Source: Microbotryum violaceum
Lineage: Eukaryota
Direction: 5' to 3'
Length of the DNA stretch: 64,000 nt
NCBI GenBank assembly: GCA_001244265.2
Contig: CDLV01000008.1
Location: 744,001 to 808,000, forward strand
The position numbers were made by a program, and so were the translations under genes. This document shows, piece by piece, positions 22,926 to 36,500 of the stretch (positions within the stretch are counted from its first letter, which is position 1; the number at the start of each line of letters is the position of its first letter). Below the pieces are notes generated by a model. The model was not told the DNA's origin. It worked only from the letters and a program-made list of their open reading frames with translations, and did not search any database.

Positions 22926-25302
22926 CTAGTACTCTACCAGTGGGAACCCGTTAAATTAACGGGAGGATGAAATTCAAAAAATAGCAGGATAATCGAACAG
23001 TCTACATGATCTCAGCGCAGAGGTTAAGAAAACACCTTACGAAGTACAGCAAAGAAACAAATTCATTCATCTTACATTCATCGCCGAAACAGCCTGCATG
23101 TCGCTTGTTGCCGGACTTGGCTTCGAACACTCGTGCAATGAGATCCGGACGGTTGCATGCTTTATCGGCCCCGGTGCAGCCTTAATTTCCGGTGAGTCGG
23201 GGTCGTACGTCATCGTGATGAGCAGCGGAGGCTTTCCGTGTTTGACAACGCACGCCATCGCATCCTGGTATCGCTGCGTGATGTCGCGCGGTCTATTCTT
23301 GAACGTCGAGCCCAAGGTCATCGAACGTCCAATTGGGTTCGGGGCCAAGCCGTTGATGCCTTGGGTCGTGGTGAGGTGTAGGTTCTCTTGATGCAACCGG
23401 ATGTGTAGAGTCGATCGGTCTCGACTTGGAGTATATCCATAAATCACAGACTCCAGGAAGGGACCGTGGGTGCAATGCGGGATTGAGAAGTACTCGTCGC
23501 CTTTGGCAAGTAATGCGCAAAGAATTGTGAACGCGAGACTCGCCATCTCGACCCCTTTACTGGACCTTTGTCCTAGGCGTTCAAAAGTTCAATGTCAGTC
23601 TGTGCTTGCGCCTTAAACAGAATGGAACATCAGAGAAAGAGCCGAAGACGCGTACGTTCGCCATCACCATCCTCTTCGTCCCCTTCCTCGCGGTCTTCAT
23701 CCTTATCATCGCGGTCTTTGTCCTCCTCGTTCGTCATCCAGACCGAGACCGGAAGTACCTCGCGTAATTGGACACCATTGTCGATCTGCTCTCGGTTTCT
23801 GGCGATGGGCGGCCCGGCTTGGTGGAACCCGCAAAGAGGAGTGTTGAGGTGGGAGCTATTTTCCTCTGCGGCGAAGAGTGTTGGGTACCGGAGAGGCATC
23901 GCAGACGGATGGAGCGAGCTGACGACTTGGTACTTGGGTCGACCATCGGGACATCGATGACTGCGCACCTGGACAATAAGTTCTTGCGGTCCACGATCTC
24001 CCGTGTTGGTGTCGGAATCGCAGATAAGCATCGTCATTTCCGTGCTCGGCGGAGGAAGGTTGTGGGTGCGTCGGTCTCGGCCTGGTGGTAGACAGAGGCG
24101 CAGGATCCACTCTTTGGCCGTATCCCAACCTGCGCGAGGTTTGGCCGATGCGAACTCCCTCACAAAGTGATTCTTGGTACGCAACATGGACTCGAGCTTG
24201 GTCAAAGTAGATCGTTGCATGTGACTGTCTGCGCCGTCGGGTTCAAGTCGAGTGTCGGTGGCCTCGGCCGGGTTGATCAGCCATGTTTGAGCAAAGGCTG
24301 GGCATTGATTCACGGCAGGGATCAGGGCACCGAGTCAATGATAGAGGCGGCCGAACACGCGAAACACGGGAGGTCCTAGAGTGCCCACTTGGGTTTGGTC
24401 CCAGTGGGCAGCGAGCGAAGTAAAGGACAACGCGTTATTGTAAGACCGGGCATCCTCGCGAAATGCTTTAGCGTCTGTGTAGGTGCATCGCACAGTTCAG
24501 CATGTGGGCCATACTGCAGAGAGATGTTGTTGGACGGAGCAACTGACCGCTATCCGAGCCTTCACGTAGCTGTCGACACTCGGGATTGTGCCGGAGAGGG
24601 GGAGGTAGCTGCACCTTGCCCTGCGAAAACGTGGGGTTTGAGGGGTTCGAGCGCGATTCGAGGCCTGCGCGCTCGCCTTTGCGCGCCTTTGCGCAGGAGG
24701 ATGTGGTGGTGGGGTGAGCTCAACGTGCTGCCCATTCTACAAAGCTGTACGGGGGGCGCTCATTCGGGTCGCAACACCAAGATCGGTTGAGTTGTTGTTA
24801 ATCACGCGCGGGGAGCTGATTCTGTTGATCGGAGCGGGACGAAGAGGAGAGTCGAGCAGCGGGGCGCGAGCCCGAGACTTACTGACACAGACTCACACCG
24901 CCAGCGCGCCGCATCACGTGACAAACGACACAGACGTCAGACGTCAGATCGTCAGACGCCAGCCCTCGCGTCGCGCGTCAGGCGGAGCTCTGCTGTAGAA
25001 GCAATATCATGCAAAGCCACGCGCTTGCGGTTCATTAAATGCAATATGAGTGGAAGCATTGGTTTATGTCAGCGAAGAAAAGAAAGAAAATACTGGGAGC
25101 GCTGTAGCTTCGTTGGAACGGCGCGGAAAATACAAAAGTCACCATAGGGCTTGTACATGACTTCTGATCCGAACCCCAACACCACAGGCAGGTGCAGCAG
25201 ACACAACAGTATGCTGTTACATCCACCACAGGCGGCCCTCCGGGCCGCCACCTAGTTAAAAACAGCGATTTTAGGTACATTCCTTAACTCACACTTTTTT
25301 TT
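22926..25302 (-). mobile_element. Helitron, internally deleted and degenerate (non-autonomous)
   Basis: Fragmented RepHel motifs: GKVQLP, FREDARSYNNALSFTSL...GPPVFRVFGRLYH*LGALIP...FAQTW, LHPSAMPLRYP, RYQDAMACVVKHGKPPLLITMTYDP, DLIARVF. The 3' end is canonical: palindrome CCCGTTAAATTAACGGG (22947-22963), then CTAG (22929-22926), then T. The 5' boundary is uncertain. Confidence 0.88.
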
Positions 25303-25690
25303 ACTAGTTAGGGTAAAGACTCAGAGCGCTCGGGGTGGTCGGAGATGCGGCGTATAGAACCAGAAAGTAGATGATCGCAAAAGTTCATTGTTCTCGATGG
25401 AGCCGGGTTCAAGGAATCGTCCGCGATGGAAGCGATCTCAATGGAAGCACAAGCCTCCAGTATCCGAATGCTTACCAAAATGATAGATCGCAGTCAACCG
25501 TATGTTACGGAAACCAAGAGGAAGCTGCTCGGGATGCGCGAAGCGTATTACGAGCTAAGAGAACAGAACATGCAAGAGTAAACGACAAAACGACAAAGAA
25601 CGACCCACCGCATACAACAAAAAACCAAGCTATGATACGCGTTCCCTCCATCCCCATCCCCAACAACTACAATCCAATATCCTTCAGCAA

Positions 25691-27670
25691 TTAATTGAAT
25701 TCCCACTTGAAGCAATCAACGCATTCACCATCGTCCTCCCTGGTCGCATCAGGAACTCCCCGACCAAAATGCTGTCCATCATCCAATTCCTCCGGTGGGA
25801 TCTGATTGCACTCGTCCCGATCCTTATCATGGCTCTTCCCACCTCCACCAGGTAAAGGCCACCAACCCCACGACCAGACCGACTGGCGTCTCGCCCCTAC
25901 ACTCTCTTCCTTATCCCCCTTATCCTCATCCCTATTCTCACATCTCTCCTTCCTCTTCCTCTCCTCTTCCTCCTTCTTGCGTTGTTCCTCCGTCACACCC
26001 CAATCGGGAATCAAAACCTTTTCAATGACGGGTTTGATCGAGTGCGTGCGTATATCGACACTCCATCCCAATCGACCGACGGTGTCGTACACGATGCTTT
26101 CGCCCGTATGGCACCGCGATTCGAGGGCGAAACCGGCAACGCCGCATGTCGAGAGTGAACCGGTGCATACACCCATCGGGATGGGATCGGCGGTATGGTA
26201 GACGTGTGTTGTGATCTCCTTCGTGGCGTCGGCGTTTCGTAGACCCGACTTGGGCGGAGGGATTGGCAGGTGTAGACGGCGAGCGGGCAAAAAGTCCCCC
26301 GGCGCCTCGAACGAGACCGAAGGGACTGCATAGGTCCTCGAAAGCATCGCTGCCAGTGATCCGCCGAGAGAGTGTCCGGTCAACCAAATCTGAGCGTGGG
26401 GATAGATCGCTGAAATATTGTTGAAAAGATCCTGAGCATGTGAGCATGGAGCAGATCAGTGTCTTGGCACCCATCGAAGCAGACGACTGAAGAAAGTACT
26501 TACAGTGGCGACAGGGTAGTATGCACTCTTGGTCATGACGGCATGTTCGAGGCAGTCCTGTTGGCAGGTGTAATTGCCGTTGTAGCAATCGCACACCGTC
26601 GACCACGACCAATCGACGCGCGCGCAGCAGCACGAAAATAGGAGGTTGTCCTGCAGAGGTGGGATAGTAACAGGACCTCGTCAGAGCACGCTCTCAAACA
26701 GCCAATAACAAGATCCAAACACACGTTGATCTTGTCATTCTTAGACGTACTCCCCCCTCCGCCGATGAAAGCTGCCGATGTCCCCTGCAAAGCGTGAACG
26801 TGAGAGAGGATCGAGTCAGTTATACGCGTTCCGAGCTCGATTATGCGAGCGAATGGGCGTACCTTGAGAGCGACAACGACGGTGGTGTTGGTTGGGTTCG
26901 CAAACACGTGTCCTCTCAAACCGTCCTCGAGCCATCCAAAAGAATCGGTCTGCCCGGAAAGATGCCTCGTCAGCCACCGGCTCGGGCTCGGATCGCCGAA
27001 GATTGAGCTTGGCCATGGATGGCGACGGAGCGCTCAGCCTTCTCTCGGCTGCATCACCCATACTCACTATATTCCACTTCTTGGTCAGATTCCACCAACT
27101 CGACGAATCGAAGGGCACATAGGCATTGTTCGCCATCTTGGCGAGCGACTGCAGCGTCCGTACGCTACTCGTATTAGGTGCCTTGATCTCGACCTCGTCC
27201 CAACCCAGTGTATCCGCCAACACCTGCGTCTCGTACTCCTCCCTCGTCGCTAGAACGGCCATCGCTCGTCTTCGCTTGGCGGTGTACTGCGCCCATCGAG
27301 AAGCTTCGAAAGCGGCCTGGGAATTGGCGCGCCATGTGGTGGTCGTGAGCGCTTCGACGGGGTGCGTCGTTTCGATCCCGCCGAGACCGAGAGCCGTGAG
27401 ATCCGCACCGTCGTAGTCGAGTCGCAGGACAGGGGCAGATCGGTTCCTGATCGAGATGTGCAGTGCTTGTCGGAGGGAGAACGAGTCCGAGTGCGCAGCG
27501 TAGGGCTCCTGATCGCGGGCGTGGGCGTGCGTTGATCGAACCGAGTCGTCATCGGCCGGCGGCGATGGGGACCGAGTGCTCCAAGTCCATTGCCGCTGTG
27601 GGATGCACGTCACGGCCGTTGTGCACAAGATCGTCGCAAGGACGAGCAAGAGTACTCGATCATGCAGCAT
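25691..27670 (-). CDS. ATG15: Autophagy-related lipase Atg15 (class 3 lipase), multi-exon
   Basis: N-terminal hydrophobic anchor, LQSLAKMANNAY, RGHVFANPTNTTVVVALKGTS, NDKINDNLLFSCCCARV, TGHSLGG, SFEAPG, HVYHTADPIPMGVC, ESRCHTG, CVDCFKWEF. Confidence 0.93.
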
Positions 27671-28049
27671 CGTTGTAAGCTGGAGTAATTGTGGTCGTTG
27701 CACGTGGGCCAAAGTGGCGGGGATGCCGATGATAAGCTCCAGTGCTGGTTGCTGCTGTGGAGTGGTGGCAAGATAAGCGAGACAAGCGAGGTGCTGCCTG
27801 CGCGACTGGTCGCCCTGGCCCGGTCCCGTGACTCGCCAAGTTCCTCGCTTGGCCACGGACTGGGTCGGAGACCCCCGGCTGCCTCGGCCGTCTCGAGGCA
27901 CGTGCGCCGCGCCGATGAATATCGCTGATGATCGCACCTCAGCTGGCGCTTGGAAAGAGTTCGAAGGCATCACACAAACAGGTTACAATATCAAACCCCG
28001 TGTGGGAAAAAGATACACAACAAGAAGCCCTAACTTAACAGCCATCCGT

Positions 28050-31000
28050 TCACTCCTCCATCGCCGTTCCCTCAGGCTGCACGGCCAGATCTCCAGACGA
28101 TTCAGCCGCAGGGGCCCTTTTCGCATGCTTCGCCTCCAACCATCGTTCGAACCTGGCCACCCTTCGTTTCTGCAGTGACAGAGTCCCCTCGTCGACCATC
28201 TCTGATGTGGAACCCTCCGCGACCTGTCCCTCCATCGAATCTCCGTTTGTCTCGCCCGTCCCATTCGGGGTAGCAGCAGCGACAGCAGGCGGCGGTGTCG
28301 GCGCCCTCGTAACAGGTCTCTTGCGGTAAAGATAATCTTCCGTCCCGGCAATGAATTTGAGTTGATAGTTGCCCGCAACGAGTTTGGCCTCCAGCCCGGG
28401 CAAGAGGTCGAATTCTTGTGGATCCTCGGAAGCCGAGAGCCTGCGGTTGCGTTTCAACAAGGGGGCCTTGACTTTGGCGCCAACCCCTTCGGTCGCAGAG
28501 GTGAGGGGGTACGAAGCGATCCAGGAACGGTGTACTTGGTATTCGAGCGGGTCGTCCGAATCGTCCAGGGTCAGGTCTTCGCGACCGAGCAACTGGATCG
28601 TCAGCGCTTGCGACTCCGGGATCTGAGCGGCATTGGCAACGTGTGGTTCAGCTACGAGCATCTTAGAGCAATCTTCTTTTTTTGCGTGCACTCACCCATT
28701 CTATCCGGTACAAGTTATCATCACTACCAATGATGGCCTCGGCCTCATTTCTGTACGCAATCATCTGCCTCGCAGTCGAACACGACCCAGCGCGATCCTT
28801 CTCGAGCAAAGCTGTCAAATCCTGCGACTTGGCATCGCTGTTCGCGACGTGGACATGCTTGATCACACCGCCAATGAGCTTGTCGAGCGTATAAAGAGGG
28901 TAAGCCTTGATGCTCGCCATGAACCTCAGTTGTTCTTCGTACGTCTGCTGATCGATATCGCCTTCGAAGAGCTTCTCAGCGAGGTCGAGGAGGTGGTCGT
29001 AGTAGTGTTCCGCGGGGTTGGGCCCTTCGTCGATGATTGGCATCGGATGGGCGAGACCTAGATCGACGGCGAGAGGGTTCAATCGGAAGGCCTGCTCCTT
29101 CTTGCGCAGCTCGTTCGCCAGCTGCTTGAACGCCAACAAGCGGTGGTAGACGGTCTGGTACGATCAAATGAGGTGGAGAAGTCAGCCCCAAGTACAGCGT
29201 ATTATTTAGCTGCGAACCATAGGATAACTCACGTGAAGCATACGAATCAGACAATAGAAGCACGCATTGGCGAAGAAATTGTACCTCCTCGGCGAAGAAG
29301 GTGCCTCGGCCTCTGCATCGGCCTCCGATTCACTCGAAAGCTGAATCCACTTCTGTTCCCCCAACGTCCCAGGAGGCAGCGAACCCAATAAATCATCGAA
29401 CCCATTCGGCGACCCAGCTCTCGATCCGGCCTTTTGTCGCGAAGAGCTCGCGACATGTTTGAGTAGCCTCTTGCGAAGATCGGCGGCTCCACCTTTTTTG
29501 TTGACGCCATTGCGCTTGTTCAAAGATGAACCTGACGAGGCATCCTTGTCGTTCTCGCCATCGGCTTCAGACTCGATATCGTCGTCGTCCCCAGGCGCAT
29601 CTTGGCTCTCGTCCTGAGGTGCGAGATTCGCATCCATCTCGGCTTGAGGGATGTCGAACAAGAGCGGGATAAAGAGTCGCACAAATGCTTCGAGACGAGC
29701 CCGTTCGGGCACGCTGTACCCACTCTGTTCTCGATCGAGGTAGGAGAACGTTAATTTGATGACGTCAAAAAGCACATCCCTATCCGTCATTCCAAAGACG
29801 AATTGGTGCAGAGGCCTCAACACGACGTCGGTATCGAGATCGGTTTTCTTTTGTGTTCGGTCCCTTCGGAGTGCTTCGACCTCGTTCGTCAACGCTTTCG
29901 AAGTCATCGTCGCCTTCTTGTCCAGAGCCTTGAACAAGATACCCTGGTGATCCAAAGCTCGATAGTAATTTTTGAGGTCGACCTCCCTCCAAACTCGATT
30001 CCACTCCCTTTCTGCCCGCTTCCATTCCTCATCCTTTTGCTTCAACCGAGCCAACACCAACGGCACGGTCTGTGCAGGATTCTCGCACAACGAATGCACA
30101 ATCTCGTGCCAATGCTCCTTACCCCAAATTTTGCGGATGATGCGTTCATACACACTCGGAGCCGTTCCTCCCAATCCATCAAGTCGAAAAGCATTACGTT
30201 CCTCCGAGGTCATGCGCGCGATCCTCGCGGCGATAGGTTCGAAATGAGCGATCGTGCGTAGGTTCGACTCGATATGCCACGAGTACCAATGACGTTCCTG
30301 TTCAGCGTAGTACATCGTTTCCTCGTAAGGGTTCTTGCGATGCGCGTTCGATCCTTCGGATTGCGACGTCGCCCAAGCGACCCATTCATCGTTCAGCACG
30401 GACCATTCGAGCGGGCCTCGTCCGGAGCAGGCGAGGTCGATCTCGGATTCAGGTAAGCGACGGTACGAGGGGCCATACTCGATCGTCTCCCTCAGGTCGA
30501 CAGGAGGACGCTTCCATGCCGGCTCGTTGTCAATGATCCAATCTTCGCCTTCGATTCGACCATCACTGACGGGATTCCAGCCGCACAGCTCCTTGAACTG
30601 AGCGAACAACTCGTCACTGGTCCCGATAAAAATGAGCGCCTTCTCGAGCAAAGTTTTGGTGTCGATTATCTCCTGCGTGAACAGGTTCAACAGCTTGAGG
30701 AAATCGGTGTAGGAGGTGCGGTCGTCGATGTGCTTCTTGACGCGGTCAAAGAAGGAAAACTCGTCGGCTTGAACGAGTTGTGGCGTACGATGGCCGGCGA
30801 GGTAAGCTTCGTAGGCCGAACGCGATCGAACCGCACCGGGGAAGTTTGCCGGGGGCGCACCATAAGGTTGAGGGTGGTACATGGGTGGACCTTGCAGAGG
30901 CTCACCGACGGGTGGTGCGGCCTGACTCTGACTCGTCATCGCGGATGATCGCTCGACGCGATCAGTTTTGGGAGGAGGAGCGGCAGTAACGGGTGGCGAA

Positions 31001-33119
31001 TCGACATGATGCGTTTTCGTACGCTTGACTTTGGTCTTTTCTCCCGAACCGGCGGCCGCACGCTTCTTCTTCTCCTCGGCAAAAGCCCCCTTCTTCGATC
31101 CAAGTCCGGATCGGCCGTCCTCGCGCGACGAGCCGGCATCTGCTGATCGCTGCTGTGACCCGTCTTTGCTCTTTTTGGAAGTGGGTTGCGCCACAGGTGG
31201 AGGGGCCGGCCCTCCAGGTGTGACTGCAGCGTTGCCAGCTTCGCTCGTGTCGGGGAGAAATGCCTTGAACTCGTCCAAGAGGTCCGGAGCGGTGTGGAAC
31301 AAGGCCGTGACTTGGGTGTACACCTGTTGAAGGCATGGGGTAATATTAGCTTCCCGCACACCGTAGCCAATTATGAATTGTATCTCACCTCTTGAATCGG
31401 TTTCATCTCCTTTTGGTAGGTCTGCAAAATCTCCAAGAACGTCTTGTACGTATCGGGATCTTTGGTGAATCGGTTCTTGATCTTGTTGACGTAGTTGATG
31501 GCGTGATTGAATTCGAGTTGTGGTTGGGCACCCGCTCCTGGTACCGCAGTAGGTGCTTGAGCCGCTGGTGCCGGTTGAGCAAGGGGCCCGGCAGAGGGCG
31601 GGGGAGGTGGAGCCGAGCTCATCGCCGAGTCGCCATTCGCATCGACAGCTTTGCCTTTGGGATCGTCGTCGTCTCGCTTCGATTGACGTCCCGATGGAGC
31701 GTTTTGGGCCGGCCGGACGGATCTGGGAGCAGTCGGAGGGGGCTGCTGCTGTTGTTGCACCTGCCACGAGCCGCTGCTCCCGGCCTGAGCATTCGTAGAC
31801 TTGCCGCCGTTGAAGGGAGGAATCGCGGCCGGGGGCGAGATGATGCGTGAGTTTGAATTACCCCGGTTGAGCGTCGAAGTCGAATTCGAAGTCAAGGGCT
31901 TGTTGGAGGTCGCCATCGACGTGGACGCTGCCGAGGGTGCGGCGGATACGTGTGGAGTCGCGTCGATCGCGGAGGCGAGCTTGCCGACGGTCAGGGGTGC
32001 AGCCGATCCATTGCCTTGGGGGGTCGCGGCCCCACCAGCATTGACAAACTCTCGGGCCTCGATACCAGCAACGTCCTGGGTCCTGGTGGTGGTGCCCTGG
32101 GGTGTGGTGACGGTGATGGTGTTGCTCGCTCCGCCGGCGTCGTTGCCGGCGCCCGAGACAATGCATTCGATGCGATAGCCGGGGGGAAGAAAGGTGTTGA
32201 AGCCCTGAATGAGCGAGGGGTGGCCGCGGAAAAGAGTGGATACGCGGTCTATGACGCCCGGTGTGTCGATCGCCTGGGTCTTGAACTCCTTCATGATGGT
32301 GAGGAATTGGTCGTAGACGGTGTACTCGGCCGAGAACTGCTGCTTGACGCGGTCGAGGTAGGCCAGCGCATCTCGGACACTGTGCAACTCGGGGGGACTG
32401 AGGGGGTCAGTCCTTAAGTGGCGTTATTAGTTGGAGCCTGAAGCGTGCTGCACTGACTTGAGCGGCCTAAAGGCGGTGGAGTTGGGACCGGCAGCGGCGT
32501 TGGGCGTGGCCGCTTCACTCGAGGTCGAGTTGGGTGCGACGGCAACGGGCGAGCTCTGGCGGGATGGGTTCGCCGATGACAAGGCCGTGGTGCGGGCGCC
32601 GACGGGACGAGCGATAGCTGGAGATGGGTTCGTTGAAGGATGAGGATGGGCTGGTGTAGGTGCTGGTGCTGGTGCCGTGTTCGAGCTCGAGGTCGAGGCG
32701 CTGGCATTCGCTGACATGCTGCCCACAGGCGCAGGAGCACTCCCCGCCTGTCTAGGTGCTGGTGCTAGTGCAGATGCAGGTGCAGATGGCCTGACAGGAG
32801 GATGCGGGGTCGAGCGCAAAGTAGCAGTCGGTGGTGCTGGTGCTAGTATGGGTGCAGATGTCACTGCACCTCCTGATGTGCCGACGGCAGCGGAAGGGGC
32901 GACGGTAGTAGTAGCAGCAGCGGCGGTAGGAGCAGTGCCAGGAGCAGCGCCAGGAGCAGAGCTAATCGAAGTCGAGCTTGTCGAACTGGAGTTGGGTGCT
33001 GGGGCAGGTGCGGGGGCGAGGGCAGATGCGAGTGCAGAGGCCGGTGCAGCCGATGATGCCGATGATGCCGATGATGGGGGCGGCTGGGCAGCTGCAGCAT
33101 TCGACGGTGGTGCCGACAT
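28050..33119 (-). CDS. SIN3: Transcriptional co-repressor Sin3 (PAH1-3, HDAC-interaction domain, C-terminal domain), multi-exon
   Basis: [12 protein letters not shown]...[35 protein letters not shown] (PAH1); [16 protein letters not shown] (PAH2); [44 protein letters not shown]. Confidence 0.96.
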
Positions 33120-33509
33120 GGCGCGGGAAGGTGGTGTGGTGAAGGGATGGCGCGGCTGAATCCGACTCGATCACACACAGCCGATCCCAGTTAGCTCCAG
33201 CTAGCTCCAATTAAAGTCCAGTCAGTTTGAGCCACAGGTCGCCCCTTGAACAGCCTTGAGCCGTGAGCGCGTGCGCGCGCGTGCCGTCCGTCTGAGCCGG
33301 GGCTGAGACTGGGCCACTGGGGCCTTGTGCTCGGCAGCAGTGGCTAATTGCGCGCGGCGTGTCCAGCTCGAGCCACGTCAGCCCGAGCTAGCCCGAGCGC
33401 GTCAATACATGTGAGTCGAGTCGACCGGCGGATCGACAGAGTGTTCGTTTCCTTTGTCACGCTTTTCCCCCCCCACACCACCGACGACCCCGATTTGACT
33501 CGGCCCATC

Positions 33510-36500
33510 ATGGTCAGTACCGCAGCAGATCAGATCAAACCGTACTCTCATCACCCATCATCACGCTCTTGCTTCTTATTGCAGGCACCAACTCGCAAGG
33601 CCAAGGCCAGAACAGGCGGCGGCGCGCCAGCGTCATCGAGCGCAGCCGGCGCCAACCGAGCCAAGGCCGGGGGAGGCACAGCATTCGCAAAGGTCGGTAG
33701 AGCGGCCAGAGGGGTACGAGATGGAACTACTCGTAGATCTGATGCGATCACCTCACTTCCGTCCAGGCCGATTGGAAGGAAGGCTTCAAGAAGAAGCAGG
33801 CCGGCGTGAGCGACATGACGCTCCTGTCGACCATCTCCAACGATGCCATCAACGACAACCTCAAAAAGAGGTCAGCACACCGCTCTCTCCTCTATCCGAC
33901 CCTATTCCTGCGTACTGAACCCTGTCTCCTTGTCCATCCTCAGGTTTGAGAATGCAGAAATCTACGTAAGTTCCCCCACCCCACGTCAGGCCACGCCGAG
34001 GCGTGCTAACCCCACACACCGTACTCTTCTCTTCCACAGACCTACATCGGACACGTCTTGATTTCGGTCAACCCTTTTCGCATGCTTCCCATCTACACCG
34101 ACGAGGTGCTGCACTCGTACCGAGGCAAGAACCGTCTCGAGATGGCCCCCCACGTCTACGCGATCGCCGAGTCGGCCTACTACCATATGATTTCCTACAA
34201 GGAGAATCAGTGCGTCATCATCTCGGGTGAATCTGGTGCGGGCAAGACCGAAGCCGCCAAGAGGATCATGCAGTATATCGCTGCCGTTGCAGGCGGTCAG
34301 GGCATCGACGGCGTCAAGGAGATGGTCCTCGCGACGAACCCCCTCTTGGAGTCGTTCGGGTGTGCAAAGACGTTGAGGAACAACAACTCGAGTCGACATG
34401 TGAGTGCGGACAGGCTTCTTAGCTCGAATACTTTGGACTGTGGTGCTGACACGCTGATCCGACGCTCCTAGGGCAAATACCTCGAAATCGAATTTGACGA
34501 TCACGGGGGACCTGTCGGAGCCGTCATCACCAACTATCTACTCGAAAAGGTGAATCTGATGGAACCTTTGCGCATTCGATCCAGAGCTGATACGGTTCCG
34601 ACCCTCATAGAATCGAGTCACGGGTCAAATCAACTCGGAGCGAAACTTCCACATCTTCTACCAGCTCACCAAGGGTGCCTCGGCAGCGCAACGTGATGCG
34701 TATGGCCTCCAAGGCCCCCAAGCCTACGCCTACACATCGAAATCGAAGTGTCTCGAGGTCCCTGGTATCGACGACGTGCAGGACTGGGCCGACACGCTCA
34801 AGGCGATGGACGTCATCGGCATCTCCAAGCAGGAGCAGGATGACATGTTGCGACAGCTCGCGGCCGTCTTGTGGATCGGGAACGTGCAATTCGGCATTGC
34901 CGACGATGGCAATGCATTCGTTCAAGACCAGACCGTGACCGAGTTCGTGGCTTACCTTTTGGAGGTTGACGCCACGCTCGTCAACAAAGCCTTGACGAGT
35001 CGTGTGATGGAGACCCAGCGCGGCGGTCGGCGAGGATCGGTCTACGAGGTACCTCTCAACCCGGCCCAAGCTTCGTCGGTGCGCGATGCGTTGGCGAAAG
35101 CGATCTACAACAACCTGTTCGACTGGATCGTTGAGCGCGTTAACAAGTCGATGAAAGCCAAGGCTCCGACCTCGCACATCATTGGTGTGCTCGACATATA
35201 CGGTTTTGAAATCTTTGACACGAACCAGTTTGAACAATTGTGCATCAACTACGTCAACGAGAAGTTGCAGCAGATCTTTATCCAGTTGACGCTCAAGACC
35301 GAGCAGGAGGAGTACGTGCGCGAGCAGATCAAGTGGACCCCGATCGACTACTTCAACAACAAGGTCGTGTGCGATCTCATCGAGGAGAAACGACCGCCTG
35401 GGGTCTTTGCTGCCCTCAACGATGCTTGTGCCACGGCCCATGCGGACCCGACCGCTGCTGATGGTTCGTTCGTGCAGCGTCTCGGAGGTGTCTCGAGCCC
35501 GCAGTTTGAGTCGCGTGGATCCAAATTCCTCGTTCGTCACTACGCCGGAGATGTCATGTACACCGTCGCGGGCATGACGGACAAGAACAAGGATGTCCTC
35601 CTCAAGGACCTGCTCGACTTGATCGCCTCGTCCAAGAACCGCTTCTTGCAAGGTCTCTTCCCCGATCGACCCGACCCGGACTCCAAGAAACGACCACCGA
35701 CGGCCTCGGACAAGATCAAGGCCTCGGCGAACGCGCTCGTCGAAAAGCTCATGCGTTCGCAACCTTCGTACATCCGTACGATCAAACCCAACCAAAACAA
35801 GAGCCCGACCGAATACGACTCCAAGGCGATCTTGCATCAGATCAAGTACCTCGGCTTGCAAGAGAACATTCGCGTGCGACGAGCCGGATTCGCATACCGC
35901 AACACGTTTGAAAAGATGGTTGAGAGGTTTTACCTCCTCTCTCCCGCGACGTCGTATGCGGGTGACTACATTTGGCAAGGCGATTCGAGATCGGGTTGTG
36001 AGCGCATCCTCCGGGATACGGGCATCGCCAAGGAGGAATGGCAAATGGGTACGACCAAGGCCTTCATCAAGAATCCAGAAACGCTCTTTGCGCTCGAACA
36101 CATGCGCGATAGGTATTGGCACAACATGGCCTCGCGCATCCAACGAGCATGGCGTGGGTATCTGCGCTACAGGGACGCGTGCGCGCGCAAGATCCAACGC
36201 TTCTGGATGAGTAAGAAGGAAGGGATCGCACTCACGGCTTTGCGGGACTATAGTCACCAAGTTTTGGGAGGCCGAAAAGAACGTCGTCGATATTCGTTGC
36301 TCAGTATGCGTCGCTTCCAGGGTGATTATCTCGGCGTGGGCCAGGCCGGCCCACAGGGTCAATCGCTGCGGAGCTCGGCTGGTATCGGATCGGGAGAGGC
36401 TGTCGTCTTCTCAGCTCGTGCTCAATTGCTCGTGTCGAAGCTGGGTCGATCGTCCAAACCTAGTCCTCGCTACCTCATCCTCTCGGACAAGGCCGTCTAC

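Noticed and set aside
34605..36362. 585-aa minus-strand ORF
   Set aside because: Antisense shadow of the myosin-I coding exon; expected in GC-rich coding DNA and has no motifs.
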